This document shows positions 40,446 through 50,854 of a DNA stretch of 58,766 nt, one piece after another. Under the pieces are notes generated by a model. That model had not been told where the DNA came from, did not search any database, and saw only the letters and a list, made by a program, of their open reading frames with translations. The stretch's first letter is position 1. Every line of letters starts with the position of its first letter. Origin of the DNA: an uncultured Clostridia bacterium (lineage in GTDB: Bacteria > Bacillota > Clostridia > TANB77 > CAG-508); NCBI GenBank assembly GCA_947589835.1, contig CANQCT010000003.1, positions 1-58,766 of the forward strand, in the 5' to 3' direction. The position numbers and the translations under genes are program-made.

Positions 40446-41489
40446 TTAGCCTAAAAATTGCACCCACTTATTTAGTATATTTTTAGCAATATTTTCAGTC
40501 TGCTTGTTCTTATCAAACACAGGATTAAACTCTACTAAATCAGCAGATTTAATAACATTTGCATACTTTAAAATCTCATCTACTAAGCCATAAGTTTGGC
40601 TTAAATCAATTCCATTTTGCGCTGGCACAGAAACACCTGGAGCAACTTGTGGATCAATTAAGTCTAAATCAAAACTAATATGAACACCATTAGTGCCAGA
40701 AGATGCAATTTCAAAAGCCTTTTTACAAACAGTTTCCACTCCTAAATTTTGAATATCTTTTGTAGAAAACACAGTAACACCTGCATCTATAATATTACCC
40801 CATTCCCATGGATCAATATCTCTACCGCCAACAATAACAGCATTTTTAGGATTATAAAATACACCATTATGAAAAGGCGATAAAATATCCTTTTCATAAT
40901 GAGTAGCAACTGCTAAAGGAAGCCCATGTAAATTCCCTGTAACAGAAGTAGAATATGTATTAAAATCTCCATGAGAATCAAACCAAATAATTCCTAAATT
41001 TTTATGCTTTTTAATAGAAGCTAAGCTAGAAGCAATTGCAATAATATGGTCTCCGCCAACAGTTATAGGAAACTCATTTTGCTCTAAAACATTAGAAACT
41101 ACTTTGTAAAGCTCTTCATTAAATACATTAATTGAATTCATATTTCTCTTTTCACATTTATCATCTAATGCCTTTACAGCTAACACTAAATTTTGCATTT
41201 TTTGGTTATATAATTTAATTTCATTTTCATTCATTTTATTTTCAAAATGTAATTTGTGCATTTTAAGCAAAAGATTATCAAATTCTTTTACAAAATCGTA
41301 AATAGTTTCCTTATTTGTACTAAAATTATTAAAATCAACAGTTTCTTTTTCGCTTTTTTGCATAACTGTATATTTATTAGAAATATTACTACTATTTAAA
41401 TGCTCTGTTAAAATTTGTGCGCCAAGAGATGCACCATTTACATTAACACCTAAATCTGTACAAGCATTTATTATTGATATTTTTTTCAT
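40446..41489 (-). CDS. Arginase family protein
   Basis: GGDH, DSHGDFNT, GNLHGLP, SFDLDLIDP..APG, VEFNP. Confidence 0.9.
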   Translation of the reverse strand: MKKISIINACTDLGVNVNGASLGAQILTEHLNSSNISNKYTVMQKSEKETVDFNNFSTNKETIYDFVKEFDNLLLKMHKLHFENKMNENEIKLYNQKMQNLVLAVKALDDKCEKRNMNSINVFNEELYKVVSNVLEQNEFPITVGGDHIIAIASSLASIKKHKNLGIIWFDSHGDFNTYSTSVTGNLHGLPLAVATHYEKDILSPFHNGVFYNPKNAVIVGGRDIDPWEWGNIIDAGVTVFSTKDIQNLGVETVCKKAFEIASSGTNGVHISFDLDLIDPQVAPGVSVPAQNGIDLSQTYGLVDEILKYANVIKSADLVEFNPVFDKNKQTENIAKNILNKWVQFLG

Positions 41490-41619
41490 ATATAATCTTA
41501 TTCCTTCCTTTTGCTATACTATTTTTGTAAAAGGCAAAATTTTTTATACAAATTTAAGCCTTCCTAACATTTTATATAAATTACGACACTAATTTATTTC
41601 TAAACTTAATATAATAAAT

Positions 41620-44037
41620 TTACAATTTAACAATAGTTACACCCATTTCGCCTTCACCAAAAGTACCTAACCTAAAAGACTTAACATGAGAGTTAGTTTT
41701 TAAATATTTATGAATTCCTTCACGAAGCTTTCCAGTGCCTTTACCGTGAACAATGCGAATAGGGGAAAGATGAGCCAAAGCACAATTATCTATATATTTA
41801 TCAATTATATAAATAGCATCTTCAACATTTTGCCCAATAACATTAATTTCAGAAGATACAGTTTTAGCTTTAGAGCTAGAAACTGTATGAACCTTCCCGC
41901 TAACATTAGAACCATTGGTAGTTTTAGTAATTTGCTCTAGCTTCAAACTCATTTTAGCAAGTCCAACTTGAACCATAACTTCACCAGATTTACTAACATG
42001 TGAGCTTAATACTGTTCCTTCAGAATTAAGCGAAGGAACCCACACGCTTAAGCCTTGAAATACATCATTTGGCTCAATTTTTTTATGTGCAAAATCATTT
42101 TTTTCATAAGAGGTAAAGCTATTATTTGGAACTAAATCTTTTATCTTCTCATTTAATTTATTTCTATTAGCATTAGCAGTTTTTATATCTACATTTTCTT
42201 TATTCAATTCCTGTATAATATCATTTACTTCTTCTTTAGCCTCTAAAACAATTTCTCGTGCCTCAAGCTTTGCCTTTTCAATTAATTCCTTTTTCTTTTC
42301 GTCAAGTTCATTTTTTTCTTTTTCTAAAGACTGTCTTAAACTAGAAATTTGATTTAAATTCTTTTCAGTTTCTTCTTTTTCTTTTTCAACTAATAATTTA
42401 TCATCATATATATTTTTTAGCAACTCTTCTATAGAAACTTTATCCTTTTTCAAAAAAGAAGAGGCATTTTGCAAAATATTGGCATTTAAGCCAAGCTTTT
42501 TACTAATTTCAAAAGCATTACTCTTTCCAGGAATACCAATTAACAAACGATATGTAGGCTTTAAATTTTCTAAATCAAACTCAAAACTTGCATTTTCAAA
42601 ACCATCTGTTACTAAAGCAAATTCCTTAAGTTCTGGGTAATGTGTGGTACAACAAATAAAAGCACCAATATTCTTACAATAGCTTAAAATACTAATAGCT
42701 AAGGCAGAACCTTCAACAGGATCTGTACCAGAGCCAAGCTCATCTAAAAGTATTAAACTATTATTATTTACATTATTAGTAATATTTATAATATTCATCA
42801 TATGAGCAGAAAATGTACTTAAAGATTGCTCTATACTTTGCTCATCACCAATATCCACAAAAATTTTAGAAAACACGCAAATACTTGTATTTTCATTACA
42901 AGGTATTGGAATACCTGAATATGCCATAAGAAGCAAAAGCCCAATTGTTTTTAATGCAACTGTTTTACCGCCAGTATTTGGACCTGTAATTAATAAACAA
43001 GGGTTATCTTCTTTTAAATAAATATCAATAGGCACAGCAGTTTTTTTATCTAATAAAGGATGGCGTGCTTTATAAAAATTAATGCCCTTTTTATCACTTA
43101 AATTTGGAATATTACAATTTTCTTCCTTGCCATAAGTAGCCTTTGCAAAAATAAGGTCAATTTCTCCAATACATTCTAAATTTTTGTTAAGCTCATTTAC
43201 ATAAGGATAAAGCATAGCAGAAAGCTCACTTAAAATTCTTTGAACTTCTAATTCTTCTTCAATTTTAATATGTGCAATTTGATTATTAGCCTCAAAAACT
43301 GAAGTTGGCTCAATATATAAAGTGGAACCACTACTTGAAGTATCATGAATAAAGCCTTTAACTTCATCTTTATATTCTTCTTTAACAGGAATTACATAAC
43401 GATTATTACGAATAGTTACAATAGGGTCCATAATATATTTAGAATATTTGCTAGAGTGGATATATGAGTTTAATTTATCTTTAACCTCTTGCTCTAAATT
43501 TTTTCTATTTTTGCGCAAAGCACTTAATTTACTAGAAGCATTATCTGCAATAGTATTTTCATCTAAAATTTTAGAAGTAATATTTTTTTCAATATTAGGG
43601 TTTGAATATAGCAATGAAAAATAATCTTCTATTAAATTAAAAGAAGATAAATCAAGATTTTCATCATTATAAAAATAATTGTGTAGTTCAGAAGACATTT
43701 TTAGAAAATGTGCAATATCAAGCAAACTTTTAGCAGTTAAAACTTGTGTACTTTCTAACATTTTTATAGCCATTTCGAGTTCATTAATTTCATATAATGG
43801 GGGAGCTCCTTTTCGAAAAAGTAGCGAAGTTACCTGACTTGTTTTTTCTAAAGAATTTTTTACATGCTCAAATTCAAAACTTGGAATTAAACTATTACAT
43901 AAGTTTTTTCCAAGATATGTTTTACAATATTTATTTATTATTTGAATAATTTGGTTATATTCTAATTTATTTAAAAGTGTATCCAATTTTTTAGCCCTTT
44001 CATAATATGTTTTGCACATATTATTACATAAAATCAA
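41620..44037 (-). CDS. mutS2: Endonuclease MutS2
   Basis: HDTSSSGSTLYIEP, ITGPNTGGKT, LSTFSAHM, DELGSGTDP, C-terminal Smr HGKGTG; start uncertain. Confidence 0.95.
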   Translation of the reverse strand: MILCNNMCKTYYERAKKLDTLLNKLEYNQIIQIINKYCKTYLGKNLCNSLIPSFEFEHVKNSLEKTSQVTSLLFRKGAPPLYEINELEMAIKMLESTQVLTAKSLLDIAHFLKMSSELHNYFYNDENLDLSSFNLIEDYFSLLYSNPNIEKNITSKILDENTIADNASSKLSALRKNRKNLEQEVKDKLNSYIHSSKYSKYIMDPIVTIRNNRYVIPVKEEYKDEVKGFIHDTSSSGSTLYIEPTSVFEANNQIAHIKIEEELEVQRILSELSAMLYPYVNELNKNLECIGEIDLIFAKATYGKEENCNIPNLSDKKGINFYKARHPLLDKKTAVPIDIYLKEDNPCLLITGPNTGGKTVALKTIGLLLLMAYSGIPIPCNENTSICVFSKIFVDIGDEQSIEQSLSTFSAHMMNIINITNNVNNNSLILLDELGSGTDPVEGSALAISILSYCKNIGAFICCTTHYPELKEFALVTDGFENASFEFDLENLKPTYRLLIGIPGKSNAFEISKKLGLNANILQNASSFLKKDKVSIEELLKNIYDDKLLVEKEKEETEKNLNQISSLRQSLEKEKNELDEKKKELIEKAKLEAREIVLEAKEEVNDIIQELNKENVDIKTANANRNKLNEKIKDLVPNNSFTSYEKNDFAHKKIEPNDVFQGLSVWVPSLNSEGTVLSSHVSKSGEVMVQVGLAKMSLKLEQITKTTNGSNVSGKVHTVSSSKAKTVSSEINVIGQNVEDAIYIIDKYIDNCALAHLSPIRIVHGKGTGKLREGIHKYLKTNSHVKSFRLGTFGEGEMGVTIVKL

Positions 44038-44130
44038 AGAAAATACAATACATAAATTTGTATAAGAATGTAATTATAACTATTAACTAGCAACCTGTGC
44101 TATAATAAAAATATAAAAATACAAAAACTC

Positions 44131-44160
44131 TTGACAAAACAAAAACACCTGTTTTATAAT
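44131..44160 (+). promoter_or_regulatory. dinB promoter with LexA-box-like palindrome
   Basis: TTGACA-18 nt-TATAAT with AAAACACCTGTTTT in the spacer. Confidence 0.55.
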
Positions 44161-44178
44161 AAAGGCAGGTGATTATTA

Positions 44179-45387
44179 TTGGAAAGGAAAATTTTGCATG
44201 TAGATGTAAATAACGCATTTCTTTCATGGACTGCAGTTGAAATGCTAAAAAACGGAGCAGAGGTAGATATAAGAACTATCCCTGCTGTTATTGGTGGAGA
44301 CGAGGAAAAAAGAAAAGGCATAGTTTTAGCTAAAAGTAACCCAGCAAAAAAATATGGAATAAAAACAGCAGAGCCAATCTATTTTGCAAAGCAAAAATGT
44401 CCAAACCTTGAAATATATCCAAGCAATTTCAAAATTTATCGTAAATACTCAAATGATTTATATAATATCCTTTGTGAGTATACAAATAAAATAGAACGTT
44501 TTTCAATTGATGAATGTTTCTTAGATATTACTAATTTTTTGCCAAGTGGAAAAAAAGATCTAGATATAGCCTATGAAATTCATTCAAGAGTAAGACAAGA
44601 ACTTGGCTTTACAGTTAACATTGGTGTAGCACCAAACAAGTTACTTGCAAAAATGGCATCAGACTTTGAAAAGCCAGACAAAATTCATACTTTATATGAA
44701 GCAGAAATACCTACTAAAATGTGGCCACTGCCAATATCAGATCTATTTATGGTGGGCAAAAAAAGTATTCCAAAGTTAGAACAATTAGGAATAAAAACAA
44801 TAGGGGACTTAGCCTCAAGAAACAAACAAGATATAGAAAAGCTATTTGGAAAGTTTGGAAAAACTATATGGGAATATGCAAATGGAATTGATTTATCAGA
44901 AGTAAATTCAGAGCCAGAAGAACCAAAATGCATAGGAAATTCTGCTACTTTACCTAAAGACTTAAACAACATAGAAAAAATAGAAGAAGTACTTTTAGCA
45001 CTCACAGAGCAAACAACATATAGGCTAAGAAAACATAATCTACTTACCTCAACAATAGGTGTACAAATAAGAACAAGCGAATTTAAAAACTTTTCACATC
45101 AAAAAACACTGTTAACTCCAACTGATAGCACGAAAATAATTTATGAAACAGCAAAAGAAGTATTAAAAGAATTATACAAAGGTCAACCTATTAGATTAAT
45201 TGGTATAAAAGTAGATAAATTAACCTCACCAAATGCACAGCAAATTTCTTTATTTGATACTCCTAAAAATGAAAAACAGCAAAAGTTAGATAAAGCATTG
45301 GATAATATTAAAGAAAAATATGGCTACAATAGTGTAACAAGAGCAGGTCAAATGCAAATAGATAAAATGATGGACTTTAAAGATTAA
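44179..45387 (+). CDS. dinB: DNA polymerase IV
   Basis: ILHVDVNNAF, SIDECFLD, NKLLAKMASD..KP, QISLF clamp-binding motif. Confidence 0.93.
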   Translation: MERKILHVDVNNAFLSWTAVEMLKNGAEVDIRTIPAVIGGDEEKRKGIVLAKSNPAKKYGIKTAEPIYFAKQKCPNLEIYPSNFKIYRKYSNDLYNILCEYTNKIERFSIDECFLDITNFLPSGKKDLDIAYEIHSRVRQELGFTVNIGVAPNKLLAKMASDFEKPDKIHTLYEAEIPTKMWPLPISDLFMVGKKSIPKLEQLGIKTIGDLASRNKQDIEKLFGKFGKTIWEYANGIDLSEVNSEPEEPKCIGNSATLPKDLNNIEKIEEVLLALTEQTTYRLRKHNLLTSTIGVQIRTSEFKNFSHQKTLLTPTDSTKIIYETAKEVLKELYKGQPIRLIGIKVDKLTSPNAQQISLFDTPKNEKQQKLDKALDNIKEKYGYNSVTRAGQMQIDKMMDFKD

Positions 45388-45547
45388 GCATTTATAAAAA
45401 GTTTAATCAAATAAAAATTAGTAAAGTTTTTGATTACAAATTTAATTAATAAAAAAATTGTAGAAATTTGTAAAAAAATATTATGCTCGTACATATAATA
45501 TACTAGTAATACTTTTAAGCACAAGTATTACCAGGAGGTGTAGAAAC

Positions 45548-45814
45548 ATGTGCGAAAATGACAATAAATGTGTTATGGTATACAATAATGAATGCAAACA
45601 AAAAAGAAATAATAAATGTTGTATAGATGTTATAGTATTTATATTATCTGTATTATTAGGTATTACATTAGGACTAATTATTGGCTCTATTTCAGCAGTA
45701 GCTGCTGTTATAACAGCTGCGTTAGCTGCATTTATAATTTTAGCAGTAATACTTGCAATATTAATTATAATAAGAATAGTAGAAAGAATATGTAACAAAA
45801 ACAAATGTTGCTAA
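45548..45814 (+). CDS. Small Cys-rich two-TM protein
   Basis: SD AGGAGGTG, hydrophobic core, CC motifs at both ends. Confidence 0.7.
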   Translation: MCENDNKCVMVYNNECKQKRNNKCCIDVIVFILSVLLGITLGLIIGSISAVAAVITAALAAFIILAVILAILIIIRIVERICNKNKCC

Positions 45815-45897
45815 ACCAAAATAAGTTAGGTACTTGTGGCAATTTTGCTACAGGTACCTTTATAAGTTATAGTTACTACTTAATGATTTTATAGCTA

Positions 45898-46009
45898 GCT
45901 TAAATAGTACTAGTTTTCTTGTTTTTCAAATGCCCGTTGCAGGAGAAAGCTCAAAGAAGTAACTCAGAACGGGACCTCTCAAAACTGCGAAAAATAGTAC
46001 TATTTAAGC
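45898..46009. repeat. Repeat family A, filled copy
   Basis: GCTTAAATAGTACT-core-AGTACTATTTAAGC. Confidence 0.9.
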
Positions 46010-46188
46010 TTTAATGTAATATATAGTACAAATCATATAATGTAGTTACATTAGCAGTTGTATTTTTTTGCTTTTTATGATATAAATTATAAAAATACTT
46101 AAACAAAATACAAAAATATGAATAAAATAAAAATAACTAATAAATATGTGTACTTTCCAAATAAAATGAGAAAGGAATGAATTTTTTA

Positions 46189-47419
46189 ATGGAAAAGAAA
46201 ACAATTGATATCTTAGAAAAATATAATCAAACACATCTTTTAAATTATATTAATTTATTATCACAAGAAGAAACTAAAAATTTAGAAGAACAAATTTCAA
46301 AAATTGACTTTGAAGAATTAAAAGAACTATATAAAACTACTAAAGAAAAGCCAGAAATACAAGAAAACAAAATAGAACATATTAATTATGTTGATAAACA
46401 AAAATTAGACATTAATAAAAAGCAAGAGTTAGAAAACATTGGAAAGCAAGTAATTGCAAATAAACATTATGCAGTAATTACAATGGCAGGTGGGCAAGGC
46501 ACAAGGCTTGGACACAAGCGGACCAAAAGGAACATATATGCTAAATACTAAAAATGGGCCAAAATATATTTTTGAAATACTTACAGATAATTTCAAAAAA
46601 GCCCAAAAAGAGTATAATGTAGAAATTCCATGGTACATTATGACAAGCAAAGAAAATCACAAAGAAACAGTAGAATTTTTAGAAAATCATAACTACTTTG
46701 GGTATAATAAAAATAAGGTGAAATTTTTCATACAAGGGGAGCTTCCTCTTTTAGACACTAATGGAAAAGTTATCTTAAATAAAGAAAAGCAAATTAAAGA
46801 GGCTGCAAATGGAAATGGTGGCATTTATGAAGCTTTTGCAAAATCAGGTTTATTAGAAGAAATAAAACAAAACAAAATAGAATGGATATTTGTAAATAAC
46901 ATAGATAACATCATTTTAAACTTTATAGATCCATTATTATTAGGTTTTACTATACAAAACAATCAAAAAATAGGCACTAAGTCTGTGGCAAAAACAAATC
47001 CAAAAGAAAAGGTAGGAGTTTTTTGCAAAGTAAATGGAAAACCTAAAATTATTGAATATATAGATTTGCCAGAAGAAATGGCAGAGCAAAGGGATGAAAA
47101 CGGAGAACTTTTATATGGAGAAGTAAATATTGGTGCATATTTGTTTAGTATTAGTGTATTAGAAGATTTAGCAAAAGTAACACTTCCGTATCATGCAGCA
47201 TTTAAAAAGTCTGAATATTTAGCAGAAAATGGTGAATATATAGAGCCAAAAGAGCCAAACGTATATAAGTTTGAAACATTTATATTTGATGTATTTACAA
47301 GATATAATGATATTGCAATATTAAGAGTAAAAAGAGAAGATGAATTTGCACCAGTAAAAAATAAAGAAGGAGCAGATAGCCCTGAAACTGCGGTTAAATT
47401 ATATAATGCAAAACAATAA
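46189..47419 (+). CDS. UAP1/UDPGP-type UDP-N-acetylhexosamine pyrophosphorylase, about 409 aa, with +1 shift at CGG 46519
   Basis: Joining the two track ORFs restores MAGGQGTRLGHK-GPKG; also PWYIMTS, FIQG, NGNGG, EKVGV, IEY, KFETFIFD, EFAPVKN. Confidence 0.9.
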
Positions 47420-47515
47420 TGCCATAGGCAGTTACAGCTTACAACTTTAAAATTTTGAATAGCAACTATAGGCAAAACAAAAAAATAAATATTATAAAAG
47501 GAGAAGATTAAAATT

Positions 47516-48772
47516 ATGGAAAAAGTAATAGGTTTAGTAATGGCAGCAGGAACAGATGACAGAATGAAATCTAAAAAATCAAAATTAGCACAAGAATTAT
47601 ATGGAAAAGCAGTTATTAAAAGAGTGGTAGATAGCATAAAAAAAGCGGGAATTAACGATGTAGCAGTTATTGTTGGAAAAAACAAAGAAGAAATACAAGA
47701 AATTTTAAAAGATGAAGTTACATACATATATCAAGAAAACTGCTTAGGAACAGGCCATGCAATTATGCAAGCAATTCCATATTTAGAAAAAAAGGAAGGA
47801 AAAGTTTTAATTGCAAATGGAAACATTCCTTTAATTACAGCAGAAACAATTAAAGCAATGATAGAAAAATCAGAGCATGAAGAGGAAACTGCAACAGTTT
47901 TAACAGGAATTATTAGTGACCCTACAGGTTATGGCAGAATTATTAGAAGTGACAATAAAATTGTAGAAATTATAGAAGAAAAAGACTTAACTGGGGCACA
48001 AACTAACTTATTAGAAGTAAATGCAGGTTTATATTGCTTTAATATTTCAAAATTATTAGAAATTATTGGCAAATTACAAAAAAGCAGTATGGGGCTTTAC
48101 TACTTAACCGATATTATTAAAATGTTATCTAACAAAGGCGAAAAAATTGGTGGCTTTTTAGTAGAAGATAATACTGAAATTTTAAGCTTAAATACAAAAG
48201 TACAATTAGAAATGTTATCTAGAATTTTAAGAATTCGTATTAACACAATGCATATGAATAATGGTGTTACTATTGAAGATATGAACACTACTTACATATA
48301 TGATGATGTGCAAATTGGAATAGATACTGTAATTCATCCAAATACAACTATTAAATCAGGAGTAGTAATTGGCGAGGATTGCAATATTGGCCCAAATGCA
48401 TACATTAGAGAAGGCTGTGTTCTTGCAAACAAAGTAAAAGTAGGAAGTTTTGTAGAAATTAAAAAAGCTATTATTGGAGAAGGCACTAAAGTTCCACATT
48501 TATCATATATGGGAGATTCTACAATCGGAAAAAAATGCAACATTGGCTGTGGAACAATTACATGTAATTATGATGGAAAAAATAAACATAAAACTATTAT
48601 TGGAGATAACTGCTTTGTTGGTTCGAATGTTAACTTAGTAGCACCAGTAACAATGGGAGATCATGTATTAGTTGCTGCAGGTTCTACTATTACACAAGAT
48701 ATTCCATCTGAAAGCTTAGCAATAGCAAGAGAAAGACAAACAAATAAAGAAGGCTGGAACAAAGGAAAATAA
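47516..48772 (+). CDS. glmU: GlmU-like protein with intact acetyltransferase and degenerate uridyltransferase motifs
   Basis: LGTGHA, PTGYGRI, EVNAG, YYLTD, HLSYMGD, NIGCGTITCNYDG, AAGSTIT; N-terminal signature reads AAGTDDRMKSKKSK. Confidence 0.88.
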   Translation: MEKVIGLVMAAGTDDRMKSKKSKLAQELYGKAVIKRVVDSIKKAGINDVAVIVGKNKEEIQEILKDEVTYIYQENCLGTGHAIMQAIPYLEKKEGKVLIANGNIPLITAETIKAMIEKSEHEEETATVLTGIISDPTGYGRIIRSDNKIVEIIEEKDLTGAQTNLLEVNAGLYCFNISKLLEIIGKLQKSSMGLYYLTDIIKMLSNKGEKIGGFLVEDNTEILSLNTKVQLEMLSRILRIRINTMHMNNGVTIEDMNTTYIYDDVQIGIDTVIHPNTTIKSGVVIGEDCNIGPNAYIREGCVLANKVKVGSFVEIKKAIIGEGTKVPHLSYMGDSTIGKKCNIGCGTITCNYDGKNKHKTIIGDNCFVGSNVNLVAPVTMGDHVLVAAGSTITQDIPSESLAIARERQTNKEGWNKGK

Positions 48773-48948
48773 AAAATATAAGAGAATATCGGAAAGTTTG
48801 TGTAAACTTTAGACTTCTTATAATAAAAAGAGGCTTTTATAGTGTACACCTTATGGGTTTACCTAATAATTAGCCTCTTTTTTGTGTTAAAAGATAAAAA
48901 ACACATTAAATGTTATCATTTTGCTAAGCTTTAAGCTTTTTAGTAAGT

Positions 48949-49329
48949 TTATTCCTGTTGTTCACCAGGTAAGAAGTAATCTACAACACCATATACTAAA
49001 GCACCAATAATTGCAGCCATCCAAGAAACTGTATAGCCTGCTACAAAATATTGTGTAACATATAGTACAACAGCAGAAAGAACAAATCCTACAAAGCCTT
49101 TTCCAAATGAACTTGCATGTAAACCAGTAAAACGAGTAATTAAATAATCAATAATAGTAAGTACAATAGCAGCAGCTGCTAATGCCCAAAAACCATTAAT
49201 TTGAAATCCTGGGGTAAAAAATGCAGTTATAGCAAGTACAACACCAGCAGTAACTAATCTGCCTATAATTTGCCATACTGTACTTTTACTATTTGAACTT
49301 GTTTGAGTATTTGTTTGATTATCTGGCAT
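48949..49329 (-). CDS. Four-TM membrane protein (phage holin 4/YvlD-like family)
   Basis: TAFFTPGFQING, four hydrophobic helices, SD AGGAGG. Confidence 0.7.
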   Translation of the reverse strand: MPDNQTNTQTSSNSKSTVWQIIGRLVTAGVVLAITAFFTPGFQINGFWALAAAAIVLTIIDYLITRFTGLHASSFGKGFVGFVLSAVVLYVTQYFVAGYTVSWMAAIIGALVYGVVDYFLPGEQQE

Positions 49330-49654
49330 AATTTAAAACCTCCTTTTTAAAAGAAATATCTATTATTAAATTTCATGGTTTTCTATGGTTTATTATGAAC
49401 AAAAAATAATAATTTATTCATTTGTTTGAATAAATTTATTTTTTTATAAAATAATAAATTAAGCTTTGAATTAAACGCAAAATAAATTTATTTTTTTCTA
49501 TTAAATAATTTACTTAAATGTTGAATAAATTTAATTTTTTTGCTCAAAATTTATATTAACTGAAGAATATTGATTTAAAATTTTATTTTAAAACATACGG
49601 TTTTAAGAAAGGAGGGTATGTTAGCTTTTAAAACTAGCATACGCAAATAAATAT

Positions 49655-50332
49655 ATGTTAATTACATTAATAAGAACTATTTTGCTATACATACTTGTAC
49701 TTATTGTTATGAGATTAATGGGAAAAAGGGAAATAGGGCAGCTCCAGCCATTTGAACTAGCCATTTCAATTATGATTGCAGATTTAGCATCAATTCCAAT
49801 GTCGGATACAGGAATTCCAATTTCAAATGGAATAATTCCTATTTTAGGCTTATTAGTAATGCATTTACTGATTTCATTAGTTAATATGAAAAGCATTAAA
49901 GCAAGAGAAATAATGTGTGGAAAGCCAAGTATTTTAGTATATAGGGGAAAAATAGATGAAAAAGTTTTAAAAAAAGAAAGATTTACAATAAATGAATTAC
50001 AAGAAAGACTAAGAGGAAATGGTGTAATTAATTTAGGTGATGTAGAATATGCAATTTTAGAAACAAGTGGCCAAGTTACTGTTATTCAAAAGCCAAATAA
50101 AAGAACTACAATACCTGAAGACTTTAATATTGAGCCAGATTATGAAGGAATTCCTTATGACTTAGTAGTAGATGGAAAAATTATGCTAAATAACCTAAAA
50201 CAAATAGGAAGAGATTTAAACTGGTTAAATAAACAAGTTGAAAAATTTAAAATAAAACCAGAAGAAGCTTTAATTGTAACCTACGATGGAAAAGGTCAAA
50301 TATTTTGCCAAGCAAAAGAAAAGAAAAATTAA
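49655..50332 (+). CDS. DUF421 (YetF) family membrane protein
   Basis: RLMGKREIGQLQPFEL, GKPSILV..GKI, VEYAILETSG. Confidence 0.9.
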   Translation: MLITLIRTILLYILVLIVMRLMGKREIGQLQPFELAISIMIADLASIPMSDTGIPISNGIIPILGLLVMHLLISLVNMKSIKAREIMCGKPSILVYRGKIDEKVLKKERFTINELQERLRGNGVINLGDVEYAILETSGQVTVIQKPNKRTTIPEDFNIEPDYEGIPYDLVVDGKIMLNNLKQIGRDLNWLNKQVEKFKIKPEEALIVTYDGKGQIFCQAKEKKN

Positions 50333-50425
50333 TAGTTTAAAAGATTGAATAAAATATATAAAAATAAAAAATTTTTATATAGAGTTAAACGTAAAAAGCC
50401 AAAATAAAGAAAGGTAAAAAGGAAA

Positions 50426-50809
50426 ATGTATAAAGAAATTGTAATTACTATTATAGTACTTGTTTTAATTATAGTAGGAAATATTATTACTCAAAATAAT
50501 ACTAATAAATCTGTAGAAGAAATGAGCTATAAGCTAGAAAATTTAAAACAAGAAATAGAAAATAAAAATTGGGATGAGTCAAACAAAAAAATGGAAGAAA
50601 TTGAAAAAACTTGGGAAGAAAAAAATGAAATAATGGCTTACTATATAGAACATAATGAACTAGAAAAAGTACAAACAGAAATAGCAAAAACTAAAGCAGA
50701 TGTTGAATCAAAAGAAGCCTCAATGGCAATTGAATCAATTGGAAGCTGTAATTTTGTGCTAGAACATATAAAAGATAAAAATGCCTTGAAAATTGTAAAT
50801 GTATTTTAG
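50426..50809 (+). CDS. DUF4363-like protein
   Basis: N-terminal TM, W..K....YIEHNELE motif, ends NVF; usual neighbour of DUF421. Confidence 0.75.
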   Translation: MYKEIVITIIVLVLIIVGNIITQNNTNKSVEEMSYKLENLKQEIENKNWDESNKKMEEIEKTWEEKNEIMAYYIEHNELEKVQTEIAKTKADVESKEASMAIESIGSCNFVLEHIKDKNALKIVNVF

Positions 50810-50854
50810 GGACAGGTCTTTATTAGCTCGTTTTTAAGCACTTGGGGACAGGTC
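50808..50854. repeat. REP-like GGGACAGGTC doublet (family C)
   Basis: GGGACAGGTC twice with a short spacer, overlapping the 3' ends of both convergent genes. Confidence 0.7.

Noticed and set aside
46490-47419. Separate 309-aa gene starting at GTG 46490
   Set aside because: No SD, and it would split the nucleotide-binding motif; it is the +1 continuation of the upstream ORF.
48949-49329. Holin-family gene as evidence of a prophage
   Set aside because: No other phage genes nearby; this family is commonly chromosomal in Firmicutes.
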